Part shown: in pieces, positions 48,796-62,340 of the stretch
Position numbering within the stretch: position 1 is the stretch's first letter
Layout: each line of letters starts with the position of its first letter
Assembly: GCF_964194155.1 (NCBI RefSeq)
Contig: NC_135902.1
Span: forward strand, 52,328,001-52,392,000
Source of the DNA: Cetorhinus maximus
Lineage: Eukaryota
Reading direction: 5' to 3'
Length of the DNA: 64,000 nucleotides
Position numbers and translations under genes: made by a program
The notes under the pieces: model-generated
Database searches by the model: none
Seen by the model: only the letters and a program-made list of their open reading frames with translations
What the model was told of the DNA's origin: nothing

Positions 48796-49317
48796 AAAAG
48801 GCCCAAGGTGACAAAGTTTTTCTCTACTCAACCGAAATTGCAAATTTAATGTAACTTCAAGGCAGAATTCAATATTAAAATGCTCTGAAGATAAAAAAAA
48901 AACCAAGCCCCATATATTAAACAAATGAGATAATGCGTCAAACAGAATATTCCTTTTTTAAAAAAAAAGGCAGGGAGATTCACCAGAATGGCACCAGAGA
49001 TGAGAGACTTCAGTTATTTGAATAAAGAAGCTGGAATGGTTCTCCTTAGAACAGAAAAGGTTAAGAGGCAGCTTCAGCGACGTGTTCAAAATTAAGTGGG
49101 GGTTTCGATAGAGATAAACTGATCTTACTAGCAGGAGTAACTTGTAAACTGGAATTGGATAAATATTTGAAAAGGAAAACTTTACATCATTAAGGGGAAG
49201 AGCAGGCAAATGTGACTAATTAGGTAGCATTTCCAGGGTTGGCACAGGCACAGTGGACTCTTTCTGTGCTCTATGACTCAATTAAAAAGACACAGACACA
49301 GCTAATAAGGTACTCAC

Positions 49318-49405
49318 CTGTTATCGTCAATAATGGTGATGGGTCCTGATGGTATAGCTTTGATTGCTTTTTTACCGCAAAATATGGAAGCAACCTTGAG
49401 GTCAG
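49318..49405 (-). CDS. ATAD5: ATAD5 coding exon 6
   Basis: atccag|CT...AG|gtgagt. DLKVASIFCGKKA...ITIIDDN, phase 1 to 2. Confidence 0.87.
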
Positions 49406-49564
49406 CTGGATCAAGACAAAACTTAAAATTAAAACCAGTTCTTCAAATAGTGAAAGTAATCGTGTGCATTTGGAATGGCTTGCACGTACAGCACAGGTGG
49501 GAGGGGGGCAAACAATTAACAGCATTCACTTCTCAAAGGCAACTAGGAACAGGCAACATTTTTT

Positions 49565-49946
49565 CTTCTCTTTATTCTTTCATGGGATGTGGGTGTCGTT
49601 GGCAAGACTGGCATTTGTTGCTCATCCCTAATCGCCCTTGAACTGAGTGGTTTGCTAGGCCATTTCAGAGGGCAGTTAAGAGTCAACCATACTGCTGTTG
49701 TTCTGGGGTCATATGTAGGCCAGGTAAGGTTGGTGGATTTCCTTCCCTAGTGAACCAGATGGGCTTTTACGACAATCGATGATAGTTTCATGGTCACAGT
49801 TACTAAGACTAGCTTTATATTCCAGATTTATTAACTGAATTCAAATTCCACCAGCTGCCACAGTGGAATTTGAACCCATGTCCTCAGAGCATTAGGTATC
49901 TGGATTACTACTCCAGCGACCTTGCCACTACGCCACTGTCTCTCCT
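49565..49946 (-). mobile_element. tRNA-derived SINE
   Basis: Reverse-complement homolog of 48432-48795. Confidence 0.88.
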
Positions 49947-50619
49947 TAATTAAAATAAGGCAAGTGCAAGGCAGAGTGGATGGAATACTAGAGCAGGAGG
50001 ATAAAACTTTTTGTAGACTTCTAAACAGTTATTCAAACACTATAATTCAATCTTGTGGCATTGTTTTTTTTTAAAAACCAAAATGGCTGTTTTAAAGCTT
50101 TATGTTAAACAAGTACTGTAGAATTATGTTCACAAAGGGCTGTAAAGATCATTCCTAGTTTTCAGGCCAAAAAAAAAATTGGGATTTACTTCAAAAAGGC
50201 CACGCAGTGCCCAGTCTATGTTACCAGGAAATAAACAATGTCTAGGAGTTTGCTACAAGAATATAACATATTTGAAAGCTTTGGATAATATCTAAAGGGC
50301 CTGAGCAAAGACCACACTTTGTATGATTATTCTAAACCCCAAGAGTGTGACTACACATAATTTCTTACCAACAAATTCCACATAGTGAAGTCTCTTCAGT
50401 ATAAGTCTGTTTACTTTGTATAATGTGCCAATTTCTTTATGTAAGCAATATTAGATTCTCACATGCCTTTGTCACTTCCAAACTTGACTATTCCAATGCT
50501 CTTCTGGCTAGTTTCCCATCCACTTCAGCTCATTCAAAACTCTACTGCCATGCTCTATCATCAACTATGTTCACCAATTGCCTTACTGAGCTACACTCAC
50601 TCCTGGTCTTCCAGTGTAC

Positions 50620-51200
50620 ATATAGGAACATGAGTAGGCCATTTAGCCCCTCGACTATGTTCCACTGCCATTCAATAAGATCATGGTTTATCTGAGACCC
50701 AACTCCACAGAGGCACTTTCGCCCCATATCCTTTAATACTTTTAGTTAACAAATGCTTCTGTGCCACTTGTCTCAACTACCTCCTGCAGTCACACAATCC
50801 ACATTCTAACCACTGTCTGCGGAAAGCAGTTTCTCCCAAATACTTCATTGGATTTATTAATGGCCACCTTACATTTATGACCTCTAGTTTGGGACTCCCA
50901 AAAGTGAAAACATTTTCTCTACATCTACCTAACGAACCTCTTCACAATTTGAAAGACCACTATTAGCCTTCTCTTTTCTAGGGAAAATAGCCACAGCTTC
51001 CTCAATCTCTCCTGATGGGTATAATAGCTCAGTTCTGGCTTCATTCATATGTATATATTTTTTTAAACAATTTCTCCAGTGCTTCCATATCCCTTTTTGC
51101 AACATAGAGACCGGAACTGTGTATACCAAATGTGGTCTAATTAAGGTTGCAAGTTAGTTTAACACAACTTCTCTGCTTTTCAATTCTATTCCTCTAGACA
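50620..51200 (-). mobile_element. CR1 LINE 3' fragment
   Basis: Similar to the 38690-39300 region. Confidence 0.75.
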
Positions 51201-51995
51201 ATCCGCCCTTCTTTGCGCAACATCTATTCTTTGATTACACTTTGGGGCGATTTTCCATTGTAGTTCTATATAAAAACACTCTTCGAGATGTAGCCAATGA
51301 GTAAATTTACTGCCAGTCCTGGCAGACATTAGTGGCATATTAATACTGTTTGCACAATTGCCAATTCATTATGGACATTTAAATCTTGGCTCTCAGTGCT
51401 GACATTGCACATCCTCAGAATTGACACTGTGGCCACTGACCCAAAAGGCATGCATCAATGAGAGGCTGTAAGTTTCTGTTCACGTAAAGTGCTGCTGGTG
51501 ACAGTATTTAGGAATACGGCGCTTTGTTTGAATTTAAATGATAGCACTTCATTTACTCCTAATATTAACTAAATAAATGAGTTTCTGAAATTGTTAAATA
51601 GCAGGGTACTGCAGCTGTACAGCATGTTGAGTTGTAGAAACAGGTTTGTGCCAGTTTCTGCCACACAGCAAGTTCCTGATTTCATCTACATTGCCATTAG
51701 GAAGCATTGAGCAGAGACCAAAAAGAGGGAGAGAAAGTCGTTGTAAAAAGGAATGTCCCAGCAAGTTGTTGCACCTCGCTACACAGTGCCACTAGTGAGC
51801 AACTGGCAGAGATTCTACAGCCTGATTTCTCAGCCCTGGCTGAAGAACATGGGCAGAGAAAAGACTTCACAAAAATGTGTAAGGCTGCTCCCTTCAGTAA
51901 ATTACCAAACAGGAAGTTCTACAGGGAAGGGAATTATTTAGACTAAAAAAAAGAAAATATTAATGGAACTGTTATTTGTTTTAGCATGTACTAAC

Positions 51996-52140
51996 CTGTA
52001 GTGCTCTTGGCTGCTGATGTGCTACCTGAATTCTTTTCCAACATGTCACTTAAATTCCTCAATGTTTTGGATTTCTTTTCATGTTGGATTGTACAGTCAG
52101 AATTGCTTGCTGCACTTGAATTCAACTTAACTGTCAAGTC
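51996..52140 (-). CDS. ATAD5: ATAD5 coding exon 5
   Basis: ttgtctag|GAC...ACA G|gttagt. Contains KTLRNLSDMLEK, phase 0 to 1. Confidence 0.85.
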
Positions 52141-53349
52141 CTAGACAAAACAAATGTAAGAAATTTAAAAATCTGTTATCAGGCTGCAGTGATGTTCAAC
52201 AGACAGGACCATCAGAAGTAATATCACTATTACAGATACCAGATATGCAAACAGGATTCTGCTGAAGAGTTTCCACCTGTCATTAGCAAAAATAAAATCT
52301 TGCACATTAGCAGCATTCAGGAATCTCAATGAATTTGTAAAACAGTATAAACATTTAGTAAAAAAAACAAAACAACAGTACAGAACAAGGATGCCGAAAA
52401 AAAGACTACCCTGCCTTAGAGCAACAATGTGTCTTGGAACACAGCATCATACAGCCATCTATATATTTTCCCTCCTGTCTTGAAGGAATGGGCTTCAGCT
52501 GGGGAAATGGTTTCAAAACTGACTCACAACTGGAAGCCTTCATACTAAGTGTCAGTATACTCCATTTATCTAATTTACTGTTTGTTGAACCTTGCTGTGC
52601 ACAAGCTGCTGTCATGTTTTCCCACAAAACAAGTATAAATACTCTTCAACAATAATGCAAAAAGCTACACAAGTCACTTCCTTTGCTCTCCCCGCTGGCT
52701 CGTTTCCCTCCCAACTTCAGTCTAGTTCCTATTGCCTATTTAAAATTGGAGACGTTTCAGCAGGGTAAATACAGGAAGAGGAATTCCATCAAAGACATGG
52801 CTGCCTTTTCTGGTGGTTCAGATGGAGATTAAAGATTTCATGGCAGTATTTTACTGGCAGCAGACAGTTGTGTGCCTGAACAACATTCCTCTCAAAACTA
52901 ACACGAAAAAGATGTCAACTGGTTATTCACCCCATTGGCATTTCTGGGATCTTACTCTTTGTAATTTGGTTGTTGCATTCACCTACATGACAAGACAATT
53001 CATTGTAGGTGAAATGCTGAAGAGTTTCTGACAGAGAAGACAGACACTCTAAATGTGAAGGAGGAGTCAAAACTGACAGGAGAGTGTTGCAATTTTTTTT
53101 TACTAACAAGTTTGGAGGGTTAAAATAACGCAAGATAGGGCTTCACTGGTGGAAACAGAAAGAACAGAGTTTGTGTATATCATATAAACACACACACACA
53201 CAACTGCTAACAGTATAAAGCTGAACATTTTGGTGGACAGATGCTTTGTAGTGCAGTGCTACACCTTATGAGAATTCTCATTTTTCTTCTGTTCATTGGT
53301 TATGATCTAGAATGCAGTGCTTGAAAAGGCAGTGGAAGCAAATTCAATA

Positions 53350-53691
53350 CAGGTACCAGACCCTGTATCTGGGAAGCTAGGGACCAATGTATAACAGATA
53401 TGGGGATTTTCCAGATTTTGGGTCCTGGGGTGGTGAAGGGCGAGGGTTGGGGAGTGGGGGAAAATAAGATAACTGAAGCTAGGCTGATTTCTCCGCCAAG
53501 CAAAGGAAGGGACAGGGGCAGGCCAGGCCGGCTTCCACCGTTAATCCCGGACCCAAAGAACAGGAAATCAGTGCGGCACGAACCAGACATGACAGACAGG
53601 AATGCCAGATGGGGATTTTGGTTTCCAGGGCAGGGACCAGTTTTCGGGTCTTTCCGGATTTTGGGACACCGGATAAGGGGTCCAGTATCTG
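53350..53691. mobile_element. Tc1/mariner-pogo-type MITE with TA duplication, nested in a CR1 3' fragment
   Basis: ta|CAGGTACCAGACCCTGTATC...GATAAGGGGTCCAGTATCTG|ta. Removing it rejoins a CR1-like 'aattcaata gaagctttcaaaaggg'. Confidence 0.75.
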
Positions 53692-54595
53692 TAGAAGCTT
53701 TCAAAAGGGAACTAGATATATACTTTTTTTTCCAGGCCTATGGGGAAAGAACAGGAAAATGGGGCTAATTGGATATCTCTTTTGGAGAGCTGGCACAGGT
53801 GCAATGGGCTGCCTTCTGTACTACAAGATCCTATGTTGGGGCAGGGGATGTCATCTCAAAAGTGGGTCAACTTATAAAATTTTATATGGTAAATGCAGAA
53901 AGAATAAAAATTAATACAAAGGGAAGGATACCTTGTGGGATCTTCAATAAACTGCATTGTAAATCGGCAGAAATTGCATTCAACTTCAACTGCCTGATCT
54001 AGACTGTGCTATGGGGACAGGAGGCAGCCAATCAACAAGACAAGGCAGAAAGCCACCATGAGCCACTCCTGCGCATCTCATTTTGACCAGCACGAGTGAT
54101 GGCTGGGAGCAGATCAGCAAAAACATTCTCTTGGGTAAAGAACAAATATCACATACAGGAATAGATATTTTATTAAAATGCTAGAATCTGACTTTGCAAT
54201 CAGCCAGCTCTCAGGGTGCCTATGCTGATTATTGTTGTTAAGTATCTTAAAAAAACTAAAGACAAATTCGGGTGATTTAAGACATTCATAGTTAACAAAA
54301 TTAAACCAGTTAAAAGCCCTGAATGCATCAGTCTTGGGAATTAGAATAATGACAATAAAACCACATTACGTAGATTTCTAGCACAGAAACAGGAATTTCA
54401 GCCCAACTCATCTGTGCCAGTGTTTGTGCTACATAGAAGCTTCCTCTCACTCCTCTTTATCTCATCCCATCAACAAAGCTTCATTTCTTTTTTCCTCATG
54501 TGTTTATCCAACTTCCCCTTAAAAGTACCAAACCACCACTCCCTGCTTTTCAAATGTTGTTTTAGTTTTTCATAAAATACTTGAAATGCTAGTAC

Positions 54596-54751
54596 CTCAG
54601 TCCCATGAGATTTCTCATCAGATTTGGACTGCTGTCGATTTGACCGCCTAAGAGGCGTAATGGGTTCCACAGGATTTCTGCACTTGCTCTGTTCTTTGGC
54701 TTTTTCAACTAGTCTCTTTGCTTTGACCATATTCTTGGATCTGCACATCCG
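54596..54751 (-). CDS. ATAD5: ATAD5 coding exon 4
   Basis: atttag|CGG...GAG|gtacta. RMCRSKNMVKAKRLVEKAK...PLRRSNRQQ, 156 nt. Confidence 0.88.
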
Positions 54752-55054
54752 CTAAATAACAAAACATTAACAATTAGAAAAATATCACCATATAATGAAA
54801 AAAAGAAAGATCCTGCATTTGTATCACACCTTCCACAATTTTAGGCCATTCCAAAGCACCTTACAGCTAATTAATTACTTTTGAAGTGTAGACACAGTTG
54901 GAGTGCAGGAAACTTGGCAGCTAATTTGCACAAAGCTCCCACATGCGATAATGACCGGATAATCTGTTTTTTTAAAAAGTGATATTGGTTGAGGGATAAA
55001 TATTGGCCAGGACACTGGAAGAACACACTATTCTTCATCAAGAATTAGGGGATA

Positions 55055-56130
55055 AGAACATAAAAACATACGAAATAGGAGCAGGAGTAGACCATTCGGC
55101 CCCTCGAGCCTGTTCCGCCATTTAATAAGATCATGACTGGTTTGTTTCGATTTCCACATTCCCATCTAACCCTGATAACCTTTAATTCCCTTGCCTAACA
55201 AGAATCTATTTACCTCTGCCTTAAAAATATTCAATGACCCCGCCTCCACCACCTTCTGAGGCAGAGAATTCCAAAGTCGCACAACCCTCTGGGAGAAAAA
55301 AATTCTCATCCCTGTCCTAAAAGGGCAATCCCTAATATTAAAACAGAATCGTTTACGTCCACCCAAGAGAGATGTGAGTTTCGTTATGTCTCATCAAAAG
55401 TAGGCACCTCTGACAGTGCAGTACCCTCTAACTTTAGATAATTATACAATTCTCTTTTGAAGGATGACATTGAATCTGGCCCCACCAGTCAAGCAGAACA
55501 TTCCACATCCTAATCATACACCTTTGCTTCTTTTGCCATTCACCTTAAATTAGTGCCCTCTGCTTCTCGACCCTGCTATCAAAGGGAACAGTTTCTCCCT
55601 ATCTAATCTGTCCAAACCCCTCATGATTTTGTAAACCTCTATCGAATCTCCTCTTAAAACTATCTTCTCTTAAGGAGAAGAACCCCAGCTTCTCCAACAT
55701 ATCAACATGGCTCAAGTTCCTAATCCCTGGAAACATTCTCATGAAACTTTTCTGCACCCTCTCTAATGCCTTCACATCCTTCTTAAAGTGTGGGGCCCAG
55801 GATTGGACACAATACTGTAGTTGAGGTCAAACTAGGGTTTATACAGGTTTAGCATAACCTGTACACTATAACCCTAAAGTACAGGATCCTGTATACTTTT
55901 ATTAGCCACTTTCTCAATCGAACATGCCACCTTCAATGATTTGTGCACTTATAACCCCAGGTCCATCTTTTTCTGCACCCCCTTTAGAATTGTACCCTTT
56001 AGTTTATATTGTCTCTCCTCGTTTTTCCTACCAAAATGAATCACTTCACATCTATACATTAAGTTTCATCTGCCACTTGTCCCCCCATTCCACAAACCTA
56101 AGTCCTCTTGAAGTTTACCACTATCCTCAA
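55055..56130 (-). mobile_element. CR1 LINE fragments (nested with a SINE)
   Basis: FFSQRVVRLWNSLPQKVVEA and other CR1 C-terminal motifs. Confidence 0.85.
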
Positions 56131-56405
56131 TTAATTAAAATCAATTAAGCACAATCAATTAAAATGTTGATCTCTAAAATTTCTGTATTTGGGAACATTT
56201 TGTCTACTCTAATATTTTAAAAATGTGAAACGGTTTTTATAAAGAACTCCAATCATATTTTGAAACATCATTCTACAGATTTGAAAGGACAGTATTGTAC
56301 TTCAGTGTAACACATGCACACACACACTTTCTCTCCACCCCCCCCCCGCCCCACTGGTTACAATAAGCCTTATTAAGATAAGGTTCTTTCGGAAAATATA
56401 AACAC

Positions 56406-56496
56406 CTGGATGCTCCTGGGAGTAAATTCCATGTTCTCATCCATTTTCTTTGCTTTTACATTATTTTTTGACCGAGTGATCCGTGTAAACTTCATT
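56406..56496 (-). CDS. ATAD5: ATAD5 coding exon 3
   Basis: tttcag|A ATG AAG TTT ACA CGG (RMKFTRI). Donor CAG|gtgttt, phase 2 to 0. Confidence 0.9.
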
Positions 56497-59156
56497 CTGA
56501 AAAGCCAGTACATAAAATATAGTGAAAATCTCATTCTGCATTTTGTTCACATTACAGTTTTACACTGCAACCCCATTATTCTAGTTACAGTTTACTGCAC
56601 CATACACAGCATCACATTAAATACCACAGCACAGAATTAATCCATTCCAACAACCAGGTCTGTGCCTGTGTTTATGCTCCACAAGTCTCCTCACACCTTA
56701 CTTCATCAACATATCTTTCCATTCCTTTCTTCCTCATTTACTTATCTAGCTTCCCTTAAATATATCTCGGTTATTCATCTCCAGTACTTCATGTGGTAGC
56801 ATGTTACACATTCTAACCATTCTGAGCAAAGATTGATTCATAAAAGTTTAGAATATACACATGGCATTCTAATCATGTATGAGCATATAAGCCACTTGCC
56901 CAGTGATGCACAGGTTTAACGTGGACCTTATTGGGTGTATGAACATAGGAATACTTAGCCCCAAACCTGTTTCTCTATTCTATTAGATCATGATTGACCT
57001 GTACCTCAACTCCATTTACCCACTTTTGCTTTGTATTCCTCTATAACCCTTATCCAATAAAAATCCATTGCCCTCAGTCTTGAAAATTTCAATTGACCCA
57101 GAGGTTACCTGTTTCATACGCAGATGAATCCATTGAAGACATATTAAGATCACTGCAACATCATATAACAAGGGTACCACCCTCTTCCAGCCGTCCCCCA
57201 CCCCGCCACAAACTGTGAGGACAGATTACTCACAGCTACCCTAAAGTCATTTTATAATTGTCAACACAGGTTAGGCATGCAAACAATGAGCCCATTTTGT
57301 CAAGCATTTTATCTCCTTCTCAGAATGATGTGCTCAAGGCTCATCATGCCAAGACATTAAGTGGAAACAAACGATATCAGGGTTGTTACATGCAAGACAC
57401 TGTCAAGGCCAGGCACCAACACAAAGGGGGAAATCCCACCATTCAGGCCTGTTGGTAAAACCAGCACATAACCAAGCTAAAAATTTCAGACTGCACACCA
57501 CTAGCTGAACTCAGCTGGGTAGGAGTGGAGGCACATCTTGCCTCAGTACCTTTGAAGTAAGGAGAGAAGCCAGAGTTCCAGCTCCTATCCAGTAACCCTG
57601 CTGCAAAGTCTGTGCATGGCACCAGTGAGGACAGAATTGGCTTCAGCTGTGAGGCCCCCACATGATCAAATATTATCCAGATGTCCAATGTCTTAAGTTC
57701 ATGCTGCGAGGTAACTACACCACACCATGGGTCACCATCCTCAGGAGAGAAGAAAACTGATTCAAACAAAAAAACAAACACAATGCACATGAAGGGAGAA
57801 GGAATCTATACTTTCAATCTCTCTCTAGTTGGTTACAAATAGAGGCAAATGCTTGTTGCAGGGATCTCCTCAACTTCTAGCTGGGAATGATACACAATCT
57901 TCTTTCCTCTAGTCAGGAATAGTTTAACTTTTTTTTAAAAATCAGGGGCGTATCATCTCAAAAATTATAATAGCACCAAAACAAACTAGCTAAGAACAGA
58001 AAGCTGTGATTGCACATTCATCAGATTCATTTTAGCACTAGCTTAATGTAAGTACAGGTGTGTAGGTCTCCAAGTCACCAATAGTCTTCAATCATATGGG
58101 AGCACAAGAACGTTACAACTCAAGAACGGTAATTCAAGTTTGAACTGATGGTTTACTTGAAATGGACCCACTCACTTTTTCACTTGTTCCCATATCCCTT
58201 AACAGCTTACCCCTGTACATAGTTAAAATGGACACATAAATGTTCATTAGTTTTAAGTATTGAAGGGATACAAATGTTTCCTGGTTAGAATTCAGTATTA
58301 TCACCTGGATCATTTAACATACAGATACTCATTTAGTCAACATACACACAAATTGATCAGCTTTAATGCTCTTCCCATGAGACTTGTGTGATGCTCTCAA
58401 TTCACCCCTTCGAATAGCTCCCATCACTAACACACCTGTAACAGACCTGTAAGCACCAGTAATTCAGAAGACAAACCCCAGAATTATACAGATATCTGTT
58501 TTGCCACAATTTAAAAGATATAAGCATGAAAGTCATATTTTGCACACATGTATGCCATTGCACTACACTGGCATCTTTGTGGTAATACTGGAATCTATAA
58601 ACTCATTTTCCATCCCATCCCTCATACACTGAACTGTTCAAGTTAATCAAAGTTTAAAGTAACTTCCTCATTTCATAAGATAATTTCATAATCTTTGCTT
58701 CATCCCAAGTATTTAGGAAGAAAATATATTGGCACAAGTATATGGAATTTAGATTGTCCAAAAAGAAAGGGCTACAGTAATTTCCACTAACTGAGGACTG
58801 AAAAATAAGTTCTATAATATAATAATTTTCAATCACTAATTACAACAGTCTCGTGTTCTCATATCTCTCTCCTGTCATGTACAGTACTTTCCAACACTTC
58901 CCATATTAATACCATTCACATGCTTACTTGGAACATGTGTCTTGATCTTCCATTAAGCAACAAATTCTAATTGGCTGTAACAAAATGCACCTAAAGCCAT
59001 CAGAAAGGTGAGTGAATCTCTGCAGCCGGATAGAAAAGGGTAAACTGTTTATCAAAATTTAACGGGTGTAACATTTCAGTGTAAATGTAAAAGATAGATA
59101 GATCAAAGAGTCACAACCAATACTTCAACTGTGTGGAGATGTGAAATACACATTAC

Positions 59157-61003
59157 CTGATCGGACTCTTGTTACAGGTCATAGGAATCATTTCTGCTTT
59201 GTAGATGCTATTTTCTCCAGAAGACCAACGTGTCAATTTTGGGGTTGACCTATGAGCTGGAACACTCAGACGATCCACTTCAATGGCTTTATCTGGTGTC
59301 AGGCAATAGTCCAGAGCATCTCTTTGCTGTCTAAGGCTCCTCCGCGTAATTCTACAGGTTTCACTCGATCGAGTCGTTGCTGGATCAAAAGGCTTTGGGT
59401 CTTTTGATTCTTTAGTTATCTTATCGCACGTTTTCAGATCAGGATCAATTTCACAATCATCTGGATTTTTACATTCTGCTTTCCGAACTTTTCTGCGATT
59501 TAGCTTTTTATTCTTTTTCATGGTTGCACCTCCATACTCACTTTTCTCCAGCCTAGAATCTTTACTGCCTTGGTTTGACATCTCAGCTTTTGTAACCTGG
59601 ACAAATTCCTCTTTTCCCTTCTCTAGGCTGTGCTCATCATCACCTCCTTCACCTTGTGTTAAAACTTGCTTTGAGGCTTTTGGTTTCTGCGCCACCTTCT
59701 TGAGTCCATTTTTTTCTGGATCTGAAGAGGGTGGTCGTCTGAAAGCATTCATAAACTGCTCCCTTTCAGCTCGACTACACTTGGCCTTCACGGGACTCTT
59801 TTCAGTGGCGTCCAATACCGACAACTCCAACTCCTCCTCCGCTATCACCACATTGGATCTCCTTGCAGGAGCTGGATCGGTGCTCTCAACAGGACAGGGG
59901 CTCTCCGGTTGGATTTCAACCACTTCGCTTTCAGAGTCAGCTTTCTTACGCAAAAAGATTGATGCTATTTTTTTCTGTTTCCTTTTGGAATTTTGAGCTG
60001 AGGTAGATATAGGGCTAGAGTGAATCTGAACATGGACAGTCACTGTTTTAGGGGAGTTAGGCTGAGGAGCAGCTGAACTCACGTCTTCCATTAAATTGGG
60101 AAGCTTGTTACTTTCCTCGATTATCTCAGAGTCGTCCCCTGCTGCTTTTTCAGCTGAAGACTCTTCGGTTTCTTGGTTCTTTATAAAGTCTTCAAATGAC
60201 ACAGTAACCGTACTGTCATTCACCTGAGAAGTCTCATCAGCTGTAGTATCCAAACCTGTCTCACTGAGACACATTCTTTCACTTTCAATAGCCACAGGAA
60301 TAGTAGCTCCTTTAGCCTCTGGTCTTTCAACCCCCTTTTCACAGCTGTCATCCTTTACCACAAGCTCAACATCTGGCTGCCTTGAGGGATCTTCATAATT
60401 TCCTGCAACCTTTCTTTTTCGTGATTTTTTGGAGAGTTTTTTACTCGAATGATTGACAAGTTCTTTGCAGCTTTTCTTTCTGTTCTCCGGTTTTGTCCCC
60501 CTTCGTACAGTATTGACATCCACATCAACATTGTCCTCATTCTCTTCAAATAGTTCTTGGCTTTCTGCACAAAGTTGAGCAATCAGTGCAGCTGTATCAC
60601 TCCCAAGAACTCCGACACCCGATCTCACGCCGCACACCTCTCCAATGCTCGAATTGCTAGTATCGCTGATTTCAACTACCTCATGACATTCATTCAATTT
60701 ATGGCTTAAGTTAATTCTTCTTCTAAGCCTTTTCCCCTTTGGTGTTTGGTGCTTTCCCTCCGAGACCATCGATGTTTCTTTATTATGGTCCACAGATGTT
60801 ACGGTTGAATTCTTTCTTTCACATTCACTGAATGCATTCGAAGCAAAATTTCGTCCACTTGGAGTTTTCTTGAAGTAATCCATTATGTTACTGGATTTGG
60901 GTGATGGAAAGGCAGTGTCAATGGATTTTGATAATGGTGAAAAGTAGCTCGTGATTGTGTTTGTGGAGGAATCCTCTGCATCTTTTTTCGGTTTCTTACA
61001 TGG
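59157..61003 (-). CDS. ATAD5: ATAD5 coding exon 2 (large, low-complexity N-terminal region)
   Basis: tttacag|CCA...AG|gtaatg, 1847 nt open. PCKKPKKD...TITSYFSP...NIMDYFKKT...RRSNVVIAEEELELSVLD...KSPI. Confidence 0.95.
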
Positions 61004-61378
61004 CTGTAAAACAAACACGTTGAAAAATTCCAGCAGCATATAAAAGCACCAATCACCTGCACATTACAACTCAGTTCCAAAATGACTTTTTAAAATGTGA
61101 CAGCAACACAATTACTGCCCGTTTAATCATCACCAATAAATTCTTGTCCAGTACATCTGATAAGAACCCTTACACTCTGTTTACTTCTTGCCACACATTA
61201 CATACTCCATTAATTGGACCAGCACAGTAATACATTAAAATATGTAAACTAAGTGAATGACAGGTTAACAATTGTTATTGTTACTGTACTTTTAAAAAAA
61301 CTACAGCATGTATTGAAATCCAGAAAGATGCAAGAGGCGTTTGAAAAAAAAGATCAACAGTAATCCAAATACTCTCAC

Positions 61379-61426
61379 CTCATCATATTCCTCCACTGTA
61401 CCAGCCATAGCAATGATCCCAACCAT
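61379..61426 (-). CDS. ATAD5: ATAD5 (ELG1-like PCNA unloader, RFC-like large subunit) coding exon 1
   Basis: MVGIIAMAGTVEEYDE, similar to the human start MVGVLAMA. Donor GAG|gtgaga, phase 0. Confidence 0.9.
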
Positions 61427-61979
61427 ACCAGCAATTTCTACCCTCCTTGGCACTCAGAAAGCAACCTGTGAAGGGACGAGCAAAGAGCACTACATGAGAG
61501 AAACTTTCCTCTGCAATCACACAAATTGGTTTTCTCGCCCAGTATCCAGTAGGCGTTCAAAAATACACATAAGTTAGTGTTTTTTTTTAATCTTTACACA
61601 GCAATAGTGAACGATATGAAACCCATTTCAGACTAAGCCTGTCTCCAACATATGCTAATACATTATACATCCATATTCAAAGCCACACACACACTTGCCT
61701 TTAAGAAACCTCAGGTCGAAGGCCGTGAACCCACATTTCGTTGCTCCCTTTTTGCCCTCTTACAAGAGCTGGGCCCTCAGTCTGAGAAACCTCCTCTTAT
61801 AATTTGCCTTTTAAAATGAAACGGAAAAGCCGCCAATCACTCGCATTAGTTTAAAATTACGCCGCATGTTTTATACAAAACATATTTTAAAACGAAGCTG
61901 ATTACATTATTTTCCCCCCCCCAACGGTTGTCTTGTGGTTTTTTTTCCCCCCTCTGGATACCCCCAGAGAACTGGGAGG

Positions 61980-62340
61980 AGAGGGGGGGGGGGGAAGGGT
62001 TTGGGAAATCCTCTTTCAAACGGGCGCCCGAACCAGCGAGAAATGGCGCCAATTCGCTTTGACCCTTGACCCACCGCCCAACCGGCCAATCGCGCGGCCG
62101 GCCGGCGCGTGCCCGTCAATCGCCAGGCCAGGCCCCGCCCCAAGTCCCCACCCCCTGGATTGGCCCTGCCTACCGGCCACCACCCCCCAGCCGGCTGATT
62201 GGTTTCCCCCCCTCCCCCTCCCCCCATACCGTCAGCTGTCAATCATCCGCCCTTGATTGACGTTAGGAGGAGGGGGGGCCGCTCGAGCAGGCTGAGGAGA
62301 TTGTTGAGGCCGCGGGCCTCACTCATCCTGTCAGACAAGT
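61980..62340. promoter_or_regulatory. CpG-island promoter of ATAD5, probably bidirectional, with cell-cycle-type motifs
   Basis: CHR TTTGAA on the - strand (62015-62020) next to GC palindrome CGGGCGCCCG (62021-62030, CDE-like). E2F-like TGGCGCCA at 62044-62051. CCAAT/ATTGG at 62049, 62086, 62159 and 62198. GC box at ~62132. Confidence 0.8.

Noticed and set aside
61955-61961. U12-type donor (GTATCC...)
   Set aside because: The sequence is GTATCCAG, not GTATCCTT, and I saw no U12 branch site at the downstream acceptor.
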